Origin: Orbicella franksi
Taxonomy: Eukaryota
DNA: 64,000 nucleotides
Reading direction: 5' to 3'
Assembly: GCA_964199315.1 (NCBI GenBank)
Contig: OZ116703.1
Span: forward strand, 23,684,001 to 23,748,000
Shown: one piece after another, positions 34,506-48,979 of the stretch
How the letters are laid out: every line of letters begins with the position of its first letter
Position numbering within the stretch: position 1 is the stretch's first letter
Translations under genes and position numbers: made by a program
Notes under the pieces: model-generated
The model's input: only the letters and a program-made list of their open reading frames with translations
Databases searched by the model: none
Told to the model about the DNA's origin: nothing

Positions 34506-35754
34506 GGGACACAGAAAACTTTCTTGGTAATCAAAGGATCGACCTCGAGTCATTTGAGTGACAGGTAATGACTGACTGAACGTTCGAGTCAATTAAATAT
34601 TAGTTGTTTTAGTATCCTCGAAATATTGTTATCTCTATTGCACAAGGACATTCCGCAGAAAAACCACATCTAACGGATGACCTTCGAAAGTGGACGGGAA
34701 GCTAAGGAACACTGAAAATTTCCGCAGGGAAATGGACTGAACAGCACACAAGTTTGGATTACTGACATTAGACTAGATAAGGTGACTGTCTTCTGTCAAG
34801 GATCGTCCAGCGAGATTCAAGAAGCTTGAAAGTATAAAATGACTTACAGGAAAGTGAGAATTGCCAAGCGGCCTTTCAGACTGATATCCAGGCTAGCTGT
34901 TAAACGAACAAAAAAGCGAACAGAACCAAAGAAAGAGGAAAATTGTACAGGATAGTTTACGAGTGGTTTTGATGACATCGTTTTCACAGCCAGGAGCACA
35001 CGGATCAAGTCGTCGCACACCAAACCTTACCATGGACGCGCCGAGGAAATCCCAAATTAAACGAGCGGGGATACTCGTCAGAAAACTTGAAATGAAGCGC
35101 TAAATCTGGACGTAACACAAACTTCATGTGGCCCTTAAAAAGATATCGTTATAAAACAAGCAGACAAATAAGAGCTACATTGAATGCTTTGATCGCGCCT
35201 GATCAATCTAAACGAATGCTTCCTGTTTCGCACCCAATCGAGTTCGCACCCCTGAACTCATTTTAAACTTCCTATTTCGAGTTCGCCTCTACCTTTTTCG
35301 AGTTAGCTCCGCGGTCATTGGATTAAAAAACGAGAAATAAACATGTTTTGAGTGATTTTGTTTCATTATGCCCACTAATCTAGGGTGAACTTGATAGCTA
35401 GTTGAATCGATGTGAGTGCGAACTCGGTGGATGCGAAACCTTCAGCTACCATCTACACCATCAGAACAGTGCAACGGTATTATTAAATTCCACCTACATC
35501 TACATGTATTAAGTCGGTAAAATCATTAAGACATCGCACCAACTAAATTATAAAAGTTGATTACAAGTTAAGTTGAAAGTTGAAAGTTAAAACTTCTTTG
35601 CTTATAGTGCCAAACGATACCTCGACTGGTAAAGACATGCGATACGAAAAAAGAAGACGAAAATAGAAGACGAGAACTCCCGCGCATTTTAAAAGGAATT
35701 TTGCCTTGCGGCGAGAACCTCGCCTTATGTCTTGGTCTCTCTCCACTGTTGTTA

Positions 35755-38700
35755 TCATATCCACGGCAAAATTACAACCCCGGCCTGTATCCTAGGTGAA
35801 GGCTCGTCAAAGTATGGAATGTGCGTCAGCATATGCGAGTCATCAGCACCGATACTAAGTTTAGCTACAGCGCCATAACCCGAGTCCACGACAAACGATC
35901 CAACTATATACACGTCTACCTCATGGTCACGTGGTCTCTCATTAGCCACTGCCCTGACTCCCCAGCAGGGCACATACAGAGATTTTATAACCGTCCATTG
36001 ATTTGTACGCGAACAGAATCTCTCCGCCGAGGCTTGAATGTTTGCTAGTTGGCCATTCTGCATTTCAGCGCCGCCAAGCGCGTACAGAAATCCGTGCGCC
36101 ACAACCACGTCGTGAAAAGCGCGCGCTCTTTTCATGGGAGAAGAGGACGTCCAGCGGTTCTTTTGTTGATCGTAGACTTCGACTGAGGAGAACGCAAAGT
36201 TGAAGTTGGCTCCCCCACACGCGTAGATCTTCCCTTCAAGAGTGGCTACACCTAGGAGGATGACAGTAATTCTGGCTTTTATAGAATCCTTTGAACACCA
36301 TATTCAATGTTGTACGGCGGGTTCTCCTGCGGGAGAGTAGTGATGCAGGGAGTGGGTTTGGGGGGAAGCTTTAAGCTCACCCCACAAATAACGACTTAAC
36401 CTGATAGACACTCTAAAAAACATTTTCACTTCTCCTCCATCCTGTCTACCGCAATTTCTATTCTTCATTACAAGATCTTGGCAGTGGTAGCCAAAATCGA
36501 ACCTAACAGGCCAGTCTGTTTCCATGAAAAGAAATAAGAAATTGACCTTTGGAAAGGACCCCCAGAAAACTAAAAGAGATCAGGAGACCCCCATATGTCA
36601 AGAATCATTATCCAACGTTTAAAAATTATTATCACTGGATCACACTTTCAATGAAGAATTTAACATGAAATGCACTCAATACATACCCAGTGCCCCTCGA
36701 CCCATGCGCATGGGCGTGACCACTTCCCAGTCATTGGTGATTGGGTTATACTTCTCCACCGTCTTCAGTCCCTCTCTAAGATGATCGTCGCTTCCACCAA
36801 TCACATAGACACACCCACTGAGAACAGTGCCTGCCACCTGTCCCTTGCAGTATTTAAGAGGCGGCATTTCAGTCCAGGAGTCCAGCTGAGGGTTGTAGCA
36901 TTCAACAGAGCTGAGGTTTGCACTGAAACTGACTCCACCAATGACAAAGATCAGACCACTGAGATTGACAACAGCTAAGAAGTAAAACAGGTTTTTTTGA
37001 TGTAAGTGTGGTTTGTTGGTTTAAGGAATAACGTAGCCTCCTACATGGACAAACTTTGGGTCCCTCACTCAACTCTGGGGGAATGTGACAAACCCAAACA
37101 GCTTCTATGAAAGGTGCTACACGTAGATTTGAAGAGTGGTGTACAAAAACAAGGAAATCCGGCTTATGGGGACAATTTTCAGTGAAGTCATCCAGATGGA
37201 AACACATGGCTGGAATTTTCCATTCATCCAAAGTTGTTGAGGTCTTAAACTGTAGAATTTGAATGATTTTGGTTGGAGTGAACCAGAAAAGGAAGGAAAC
37301 CAGCATTGAGTTATCTCCAGAAACACTTTTTTCTTGCCATCTTTTTCTTGTGCTAAGGTCCTTCTGGCTAAGTGAGACATGCGGTTCCAGTGACACGAAC
37401 ATCCCAAACCTAATTTATAGATATCAGTAAAAGGAAAATTTTGTCTTCTAACCTTGAAAATGAATTGCTTAAATCTAGAGAGTTTTCCAGTTATATTTAT
37501 TAGCTTCTTATCACAATACTTTGTCTTATACCTGCAGATTCTCGTGCAACACACATGGGTGCCATTTCTTGCCATTTCTCTTCGTCCTCCAAGTAAAAGT
37601 AATCTGCACGATTTAAATATCTGTCAGGACTGTCAAATCCAGATAAGCCCCCAATCACACACAGTTTTTTAGGAGTTCTGTGTCTAGGCTGTGTGCGCTG
37701 TGTATTAATGATGGTCCTTTTCTCGGGATGAAGCTGATAAGAGTTAATCTCTTCAACAAGAGCATCACAACCTGTACAGAGCATAATGCAAAGGGTCCAA
37801 GTCATTTTAATCAAAAAAATGATTACTGATACTCAACTTTGGCCACTGAGCTGTAATAAATTTAATTGAAGATTTGATTTGACCCAATTCACCTGATATG
37901 CAGCCAAAGCATACCAAAAAGGTACAATTTAAAGGCGTTTAAGAATTACATCCATCAGTGATAGAGGCTACAATCACATGATTATGTTTTCATCATAGGT
38001 CATTTATACTTTGTGGTAAAGTATCAAACATAATAGTATCAGTTTTATTATTATTTTTTTAATGTTACTTCTTTGTTGGAAGAAGCTGTATACTAGACAA
38101 TAATTTTCTTCAACATTTGTTGCAAATGACAAAAGTTACAGTTTTCTTCTGAAAAAATGATCTCACGTCTGCCAGATCAGTGAGAAAAGAGAATAATATA
38201 AGTGTCTCCTGCACAGTCTCAAGGAAGATCTAACTGAGAGAAACTTCTGTAAACAAAATTATTAATCCATTTCAGCATAATTGCAGGGAAAACAACTTTG
38301 TTACCCAATAGGGCACTTCCTAATTTTCCAGGAAAATGTGACACTCACCAGTTTTTTTAAGTTCTTCAAATTCTGACCCCAAAAAGTTGATCAAAAGATT
38401 TCTTGGAATGAGAGGAAGTCGTACATTTTTCATGACGTCTGGACAATGTTCAAGTCTGTTGGCTAGATCGTGATTAACCCAATCCAAAACAAACTTTAGA
38501 ACTCCTTCTTCATTGCAGGAAATGTTAAGGTTTTCTGAAGAGACAAGTTTCTTCATGAGGCTTGTAGGTAAGGAGAGGAAACCTGGAGATAAAGAAATTA
38601 CTGTCATTTCTCATCATTTCTATATATAAAACTGCCACTGGTGAAAAACAACTCAAACAGTTCATGTTGTCAAATTATTCATCAATAATAACTTCGTTGG

Positions 38701-40434
38701 TTAATGGTGGAATAAAATTGTTCTAAAATAGTATTTCAAAGACCAAAAGTGGTCAGAGGCTGTCTGCATTTCCCAGAATATTTTGAACCCTCAATTTCAA
38801 TTAACATTCCATGATCATACACTTGCCATGCATTGGCCAGCATTGATCACTAAGCTAAGGGCACACTCAAGGATAAAAATGAGAGAGGGGAAAGCAATTT
38901 TCTGGACTTAAAATTGTCAATTCTAGTAATTTCTCTGGTCATAAGTTTGCAGGGATAAATGTGCAACAGTAACATAGCCTTAATTATTTCAGTTATGTTT
39001 TGAGGGTTGAAAAAGGTGTTTGTTTTCAGATTTATCTCCAAATCGTACTGTTAAACCACAGCTCTACTTGTATCTCCTGTGGTTCCAGAAAATAGCCATA
39101 GCCATAACACGGGTAGCAATGCTTTCAGAATCCAGTCCAATAAACACTCCCCTTTCCTTTCATGCCCTTGGATTTTGTTTCCTTGGAACCTGGCTTACCC
39201 TTCAGACTGAGATCAAATAAAAGGCAAACAAAGCAACAGAGTTTCATGTACTAGATTGTAGGCTAGTTTAATGATTTAATAAAAAAAAGGTAGTGGGCTT
39301 TTCAAATCGAAAAAGCCGCAATTCTTGACAGGGGTTTGAATGATTATGGAATTCTGAAGGCTTGAGGTGGAGAATGGCTGGAAAGGTGGTGGTGATAGGG
39401 GTGGAGGGGGGGGGGAATTTGAGAAGTGTGGAATTCCAAGGGCAACAAGTGGCGGGGGGGGGGGGTGTGTGGAGGTTTGAGCATTTTGGAATTTGCCAAA
39501 GTAAGAGGAGTTTAGATGAAAATGCTGCCTGTGGTAGTGATAGGCACCCAATTTTTGCACCACCTACTGGGGTTAGATTTTTGTAATTAAAAAACTAAGT
39601 AATGATCTCATATGGTGGAGGGATGAGAAATGCAGAGCAGATCCAGGGAGGAGGGGGGAGGTGAGGAGGGTGTAACCCTCACCCCTATACCCCACCAACT
39701 GAAGAAATAATAATTCGCAGTTGCCTTGTTCAGAGATGCATTCTCACAGACCTCTCCTCTACAACTAGACCCGTGCACCCTTGGGTCACACTTGGTAGTT
39801 ATAGCATTTAAAATGGACAAAAATCCCAGCCCAGTCCACCCCTCCACGTCCAATCCCCCACCCGACCCAGACCCTTTGCAGTACCTTTATGAGAGCTTAT
39901 TTCCACAAAATTTTTTTCCATGAATTCAAACGCATTTCTTGACAATTCCTCACTTGATATCACCTCTGCAAATGATATGATGTCAACACAGTTCCTGGTG
40001 TTGATTTTCTTCGTGATAAATTCCACGCAAATAGTTTCCGCACCGGAGAACAACAACATGTTCGCGGCCACAAGCACAGCTTTGACATCAGCCAGAGATT
40101 TCAGTTCCATCTTGCACGTGTACGCAAATTCGACCAAAACTTTCAAGACATGCGAGTCCAAGGCCATCTTGATTTTTTCCTCTTTCGATTCTCTCATTTC
40201 ATTGGTGAACATTGCTTGAAAGTATGAACTACAAGAAGCCAAAACAAGTTTGTGCACTTTGAAAAGTGCTCCGTCGCTACTCTCCAGAGCAACATCACAA
40301 AGGATTTCGCTCGCTCTAAACTCTTCCATTCTGTTAAGACACTGTAGGGCGTGTACATGTCCCTTGGCGATCTTTTGGGAATTCTGTGACGGGCGACATT
40401 TGCTTTGTTTCTTGGACGAAGCCGCTTCCTCCAT
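35755..40434 (-). CDS. Kelch-like protein (BTB-BACK-6 Kelch; CUL3 adaptor family), 602 aa
   Basis: Exons 40434-39885, 38582-38349, 37771-37532, 36974-36687 and 36251-35755 total 1809 nt, and all introns are phase 1 GT-AG. BTB: LCDVAL...HKLVLASCSSYFQAMFT. BACK: NEEGVLKFVLDWVNHD...VRLPLI. Kelch blades carry GG...Y/F..W motifs, and the last blade is divergent. Confidence 0.95.
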
Positions 40435-40499
40435 ATTTGTCCTCCCGCTAGCATGGAAATGGCACGTGTTCTTTTTCTCGCCCCAGCTGACCGCGGTTT

Positions 40500-40618
40500 T
40501 GTTTCGCAAATCTTTTGGTCGATGGCCTCCTGATCATCGGTCACCTTTCGATCACCTGATAAAACCACGTTTTCGCTGTCGCGAAGCTTGAGATTCAACG
40601 CTTTTTAGAAAGGTGAGT
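40500..40618 (+). promoter_or_regulatory. Candidate non-coding first exon of AGPS ending at a strong donor (AAG|GTGAGT, 40612/40613), head-to-head with the Kelch gene
   Basis: AGPS has an acceptor (ctactttttacacag|, 43207) 25 nt before its ATG, with an in-frame stop in between, so it needs an upstream non-coding exon. The strongest consensus + strand donor I saw upstream is at 40613. The exon start is a guess. Confidence 0.5.
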
Positions 40619-41113
40619 TTGAGAGTTTTTGTGGAGCAATTAGATGTCTTAGTACTTGTTTTAGGTGTCATCCTAAGAGGCTATTGAGCGCAATTTGCAG
40701 GTAGCTTGGCCTGCGTGACAGCGCTTATCATTCAACTTCAACGGACCGTAGCTTATTGATTTCGGGATATTTGCAGAATTTGCAATATCTTATTTCTGTA
40801 TGGAATGGTGTAAAATGTTCCAAGGATGTTTTTATCATTTTGCGGTGTTTGGTATGCTCGTTAAACGTAAAAACAGTGCGTTGATTTCTTTTGTCTACAA
40901 TAGACATGTCACACCACACAAAATAAATCAACCCGATTTTTGAATACACACAGCTTTAATCCTTTGTGTTGAATACACACAGCTTTAATCGGAACTAGAA
41001 GGAATTAATCTTGATGTCTAAATATTCTTTTTTTCCCGTTAGCTGGAAGTCATGTACAATATTTACATACTCTAACAGTAAATTAACACAATTTTATTTC
41101 CACAAACGAATTT

Positions 41114-41876
41114 AACAGCAGGATTATTCGCTCTCAGTTTCCCATTTAAACAATCAATAGGGTGTTTCTGTCGAGGAACAATCGGCTGATAGTTGTCCCG
41201 CGGAAATGTGATGTTCTTTAAACCAATATTTGCCTGAGAAGCGAAGCATCAAGGGCAAATGTGCTACTTTGAAGAACATCACATTTCCAAGGGGGGACCG
41301 TCAGACATAAACCTTTACATAAACACGCTATTGTCTTTATTGGGGTGTGTTTGAAACACGCAATGGCGAAATGACAAAATGGGTGTCTAAAAGGGTTACC
41401 TGTACAATTGTTGAGAGCTAGCCATTCTCAAGTCAGTGATATTTAGGCTAACCTGAGTGCTATTTAGGCTAAATGGAGCACTATTTAGGCTAACCGTAAT
41501 GTAAACACACCCTCTTGCTTTATAGTTCACTACTAAATTTCTTCCACAAGCCAGCTCAAGAATCATAATATATAGATTTAGCCAAGCTTAAAAGTGGAGC
41601 TCCTGGGCCAGGTTCTTCAAAGCCCGATTAAGCTAACCCAGGATAAGTGAGAATTTTGATTTGAGTTTTGTAACTTTGTGGTGAGGTTTTCTGTATATTG
41701 TTTGGCCTTCTGTTTCGAGTTTGAATAACAGCAAGATTATCTGCTCTCAGTTTCTATTTAAGCAATCAATAGAGTGTTTCTTTAGAGGAACTATTGGCTG
41801 ATCGTTGCCCCTCGGAAATTTGATGTTCTTTAAACCAATATTTGCCTGAGAAGTGAAGCATCGAGGGCAAATGTGC
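41114..41876 (+). repeat. Two direct copies (~150 bp; 41114-41264 and 41727-41876) of a dispersed repeat
   Basis: Shared core ...gatgttctttaaaccaatatttgcctgagaag(c/t)gaagcatc(a/g)agggcaaatgtgc. Confidence 0.8.
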
Positions 41877-42896
41877 AAATGTGATAGTCTCTCTCTGCCG
41901 ATGAACACTGTCACATGGGGGAGAAGCATTATGTGACAACCCTAATAACGGCTGTGAAGGAGACTATAAACCAATAAGAAGTGGAGAAAATTTGGTGGTG
42001 AACAATAGAAGATGATAGTTGATGTCGTAAAATTCTCTGAGTAGAATTCGAAATAAATTCCCCTCAAGCAACAATTTCCACTTACTGAAAACATTTTGAC
42101 AAGTCAGTAACACAATAACAACTGTGTTGTAATTTGGGTGCAAAAGTCAGTTTGCATAACTGGTCTGCTAAACCTGAACATTTTGACATCAAATCATTAT
42201 GCTTTCCATGATTTTTCATGATGTGTTTAGGACTAGATTTCAAGTGCATGCCACTTCCTGTAGCTCAAAGAGAGGTATTTAAGATTTGAACAGTACAGTG
42301 GTCTGGTAGTAAGAGTAAGAACACAGATCTCAACTGTGAAGCTACATATAATAATCATTGTTATTTTTACCTTTAATCTCTGTTGGAAGTTGCGGCTGGA
42401 AGTGAGGATAGAAGGATTCATGTTTTCTCAGGCTATGTATAGAAAGGTTGGCAAAAGGGTTATGTGCAATGCTGTGCATCTTGGGCAAACTGAGAGCATG
42501 ATACTAATAAAAATTAGAATATACACCCCTACCCTGTCACAGACCAATAATTGGTCTGTGACAGGGTAGGGGTTTCTAGTCCTCAGCAGAACACTGCACA
42601 TTGTATAGTTCTTTTAATTGTTTATAATTTTTTTTAGCAGTTTTCAATTGAGTGTCATAAAATGAAAACCAAAGTTATCACTCTGGCCAATCACAAAGGA
42701 TTCAGATAATCCAGCGAAAAAATCAAAATGCAAAGTAAATACAAATTGCAGACGTGACAGATAAGATAACACACATGACCTGGTCACAACTGGGTTTTGT
42801 TTTACTTTTGAATGGATGACCAAGAGGCAGGTGTTTTTTAAACCAATGGTGTGACGGCATAATGCAAAACCAAAGCAAAATAATGTGAATTACTTT

Positions 42897-43146
42897 GGAA
42901 AGCGTGGTGGCCTCATGGTTAGTGCGCTTGTCTCCAGATTGAGAGGTCCAGCTTTGAGCCCTGGCCAGCCTGACATTGTGTTGTGTTCTTGGGGAATACA
43001 CTTAACTCTTATAGTGCCTCTCTCCACTAAGTGTATAAATGAGTACTAGTGAATTTAACGCTGAGGGGAGCTGCCTCATGCTACAGAAACCAGGATAAGC
43101 TCCAGCCTGATGGGTCTCTAGGCTTGTATGCAGACTTTACCTACCT
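42897..43146 (+). mobile_element. tRNA-derived SINE
   Basis: A-box-like gtggcctcatggttagtgcgct, a decayed B-box (gctttgagccc), a ~200-bp body and a 3' tail gactttacctacct. A degenerate relative lies near 62710-62835. Confidence 0.65.
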
Positions 43147-43232
43147 CCCTTCTTTGGTAAACTGCTCTAAAAAGAGAGTTAAATTTCAATTTCTACTTTT
43201 TACACAGAATATCATCAACAACCTAGTACAAG

Positions 43233-45550
<2,318 letters not shown>

Positions 45551-46200
45551 TTTTTGGAGATTGCAAAAACTAGCAGCGCATTATTTTATCGAACAGCAAA
45601 AACTAAGGGCCTGGATGATGTCGCTGGAATCTCAGTTTGTCGTAAAATTCTTGGCAAGTCTTCAGCTACCAGTTTGAAATTTAGCCTTATTCTGAGCTAT
45701 CAGTTCAAAAACGCCTCATTTCCCCGCTGACAGTTAAGGTCATTCCCAGTATTGCATTGCGCATCCCCACTGCGCATAATTTCACGCGTGATTAGCGCGC
45801 GCGCATTAAAAAATGGCGGCTTTTTCTTTACAGCTGGACCTCGCCATAGAGGTAAATCGTCATTTTCTCGCAAACGAGTATGGTGACCTATCATTTTTTC
45901 CTGTTGTTTTGAATTGAGCAATAAATTTCTCTGTGTAAAATAAATATGGACCAATTCTCAGTGTAGAACGAAAAGCAATCGTCGGAAACGAGAATTTAGC
46001 AAGCAATTGTAATTACAATCATGGTGCTGTTATAAGGATTTATATGGTATCAACAAGGTGCTTTTGCTCCTAAACGAACATGGGGACACCATTTTTATTT
46101 CAAAATTTAAGTTCATGTAATATAAACAATCGATAGGCAAAATTTCACAAAAATCTCGGTGCAGGTTCTATTTCAGCGGAATGACCTTAAAATGTTGGCC

Positions 46201-46376
46201 AATAGACAATATTCGTATCCTCGGTATTGGACTGGAACTAGTTTGCAATTGAGGCTAACGTGGGGAGTCTTTTTCCAATTCGAATAGCATTTATCCCTTT
46301 TTGTGATATTCTCCCGCACGAGCCTGCAGTGTAAGCTAGTTCCAGTCCAGTACCGAGAATACGAATATGGCCGATT
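46201..46376. mobile_element. Palindromic MITE, same family as 8-237 but lacking the inner insertion
   Basis: aatagacaatattcgtatcctcggtattggactggaactag...ctagttccagtccagtaccgagaatacgaatatggccgatt. Confidence 0.8.
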
Positions 46377-47639
46377 CACATCTATCAGGCAAACTCCATC
46401 CAGGCCCTCGACACTGTACTAATCTGAGTGGAGGAATGGAAACTATTGGAAAAAAAACGGACGGTTAAAAAATAATCTTTGCACTGGACAGCAAAGAACT
46501 CACACAAGCGAGAGAAGATACCTTTTTTAAGTCACAAAATCAGATTATTTTAAAAACGAGAAATTAATTATGCATCATAAACTTCGGTCAAAACAAATGA
46601 GTCATGAAAGGCATCGTGATGGTTAAACTTTTAACAACTGTAAACAGATGATTACTTATCCAGGTGATTTTTATTGCTGTACCGTAGAATGTATTATTTC
46701 ATTGACATGTATCATCGCTTTTTCTTTTCTTTTTTTTTGCAAGAATCTCCCATAAAGTAGCTAAGTCACGATTTGCGCATCTTGAAACATATTAGCCTAA
46801 ACTTTTCAAGTTCGTCGTTTGCAATCCGTGTTAGTCTTCTCCATCTTTAACCATCCTTGTTCCTTTATGCTTTTGTTGTTATCTCTTTGGGGTTTTTCTA
46901 TCTTAGTAAGCCACTATTTTGAGGTTTCCTCCAATGTAAAGGTATTTTTGTACGTGGCCAAAAAACTCAAAATACCGTGACTGAGCTCCTTTAAATGACC
47001 GTGACTTGGGTGGGGTAGTGGGGGAGGGGTGGATGGGCAGGGGGAAGGTACCTTTCAAAATGTTTGGATTCATACATGTATTTAGAAAGATGTACGTCAA
47101 ATATGTTTGTTACATACAAAATTTCCTTCATTGTGAAACACTAAAACAAAAAGATGCGAAAAAAGCGAGTTCAACAGTCGTTAAATTAACGTCAGAACAT
47201 GTTTAAGTATACTCTAATGTCATAACATAAAACAAGCTCTACTCAAGGCATTGGCTAATAAATATAAACGCACGGACTTATCTGCAGGAAGAGGGGTTAT
47301 AACGTACCACGAATGGACTTAAATTTGGGAGAATTTAAGCGAGAATTGGGTTATTTCATTAGTTGCATTAGCAAGCTTTTCCAACTGGTCTCCAAAATTT
47401 GTCGGCATTTGGCGACATCCTACCTTCTCTCGCCTAAACTAATAACTGCCCCGCTGGCAGACTTCCCTTCATGCATTTCCCCTTCACAAAAAATCCGCTA
47501 TTCATGTCGACCCGGACGCGCTACGCGATACCTGCAAAAAAATTACTTGCAAGAAAGTTCGGACGATATTAATTTCGTATATAAAAGGTGTCTGAAAATA
47601 AAACCGTCCTGAATTTCTAGCCGTCCAAATTGTAAGCGT

Positions 47640-47883
47640 CCGAATTATTTACGGGGTAGCTGGAGTTTTGGCACCAAAGCGAGTTCGCACCCACCAAGGT
47701 ACCAAAATTTATCTCTCTGACAACATTGTGGGCATAACGATAAAACCGAATCACACAAAACATTTTTATTTCTCGTTCTTTAATCCATTTGAAGGTGAAG
47801 GTGAACTCGAAATAGAAAGTTTATAATGAGTTCAGGGGTGCGAACCAGGGTGCCAGCGAACTGGATTGGGTGCGAAACAGGTA
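47640..47883. mobile_element. MITE-like repeat with GTTCGCACCC subrepeats; inverted sister copy at about 35221-35440
   Basis: 47826-47881 atgagttcaggggtgcgaac...ggattgggtgcgaaacagg is the reverse complement of 35222-35260 cctgtttcgcacccaatcgagttcgcacccctgaactcat. Confidence 0.6.
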
Positions 47884-48407
47884 TAGCATTCATTTAAGTA
47901 CAGTATGACACTTTTAAGTAGCTCCAAAACTCTCCTTTGGGGAGCGAACTCTAGTTGTTTGACATACGTAATGGTTTCATAGAGTTTGAGTTATTTTCCC
48001 GTCGATGTACCCGTAAAAAAACCTTGAGGTGTTTTGAAACACGGTGATTGTTTTGAAGACGAAACTACTCTAGGGAGCACAAACGAAAATACAGCACTAG
48101 GATTGCGATAAACAAGATTAACAGCCTAACCACATTTCAGAGGAAGGAATATGAGAGTATACCGGAGGGTATTATACTGCGTAGCGGTGGGTTTTTGTGG
48201 CGCGGAACGAGCAGCGAGGCTGCGAGAAGAATGATGACGAGAGAGGGAGAAACCATCAAATCCATAGCGGCTTGCCGTACAGTATGACTTATAAAATGTT
48301 AAACAGGAGGGCTTTTCTTTCCTTTTTGATTACTTTGTATCAGGCCCCTGATGTTTAATGTTTTAGTTTGTGAAGCTGGCGAGATTTTCGCTCTTTAGCG
48401 GCCGCTC

Positions 48408-48979
48408 GAGCGATGACGCGAAGCCGCGAGGAGAATGGAAATTAGTTAGCGGCAAGTCCGTGCACAACTCGCGCGACACTCGCGCGCATAACCTGTAAAT
48501 GTTTTCATTTTCCCTTCAAAAAGTAAGTTATTTTGACACAACGCCAAAACTTAACTAAAAAATAGTAAAAATGAAGGAAAGGGAAATCACAAATCCGTGC
48601 ACATGTTCTTCTCAAAGTGAGGTTTGAAGGTCAGTACAGTACCGCCTGAAAGTATTCACCCGTTTCCCGCGTTCTTGCCGCGGGGCCTCCACGCGTCATT
48701 GACGCGGTATTCTCGCACTCGACCCCGTCTTTACCGAGCGATGACGAGCGATGACGCGAAGCCGCGAGGAGAATGGGAATTAGTTAGCGGCAAGTCCGTG
48801 CACAACTCGCGCGACACTCGCGCGCATAACCTGTAAATGTATTCATTTTTTTCCTTCAAAAAGTAAGTTATATTTACACAACGCCAAAACTGAACTAAAA
48901 AAATAGTGATAATAAAGGAAAGGGAAATGACAAATCCGTGCACATGTTCTTCTCAAAGTGAGGTTTGAAGGTCAGTACA
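48408..48979 (+). repeat. Local direct duplication of ~231 bp (48408-48638 and 48746-48979)
   Basis: gagcgatgacgcgaagccgcgaggagaatg...aagtgaggtttgaaggtcagtaca occurs twice, about 95% identical by eye, separated by a CpG-rich ~100-bp spacer. Confidence 0.9.

Noticed and set aside
40941-40990. 21-bp direct repeat (tgaatacacacagctttaatc twice, 8 bp apart), and the 21-bp-period tatttaggctaa triplet at about 41440-41495
   Set aside because: These look like ordinary small duplication or repair scars, with no evidence of function.
42897-42970. tRNA gene
   Set aside because: The B-box is decayed, there is no cloverleaf, and it continues into a SINE body and tail.
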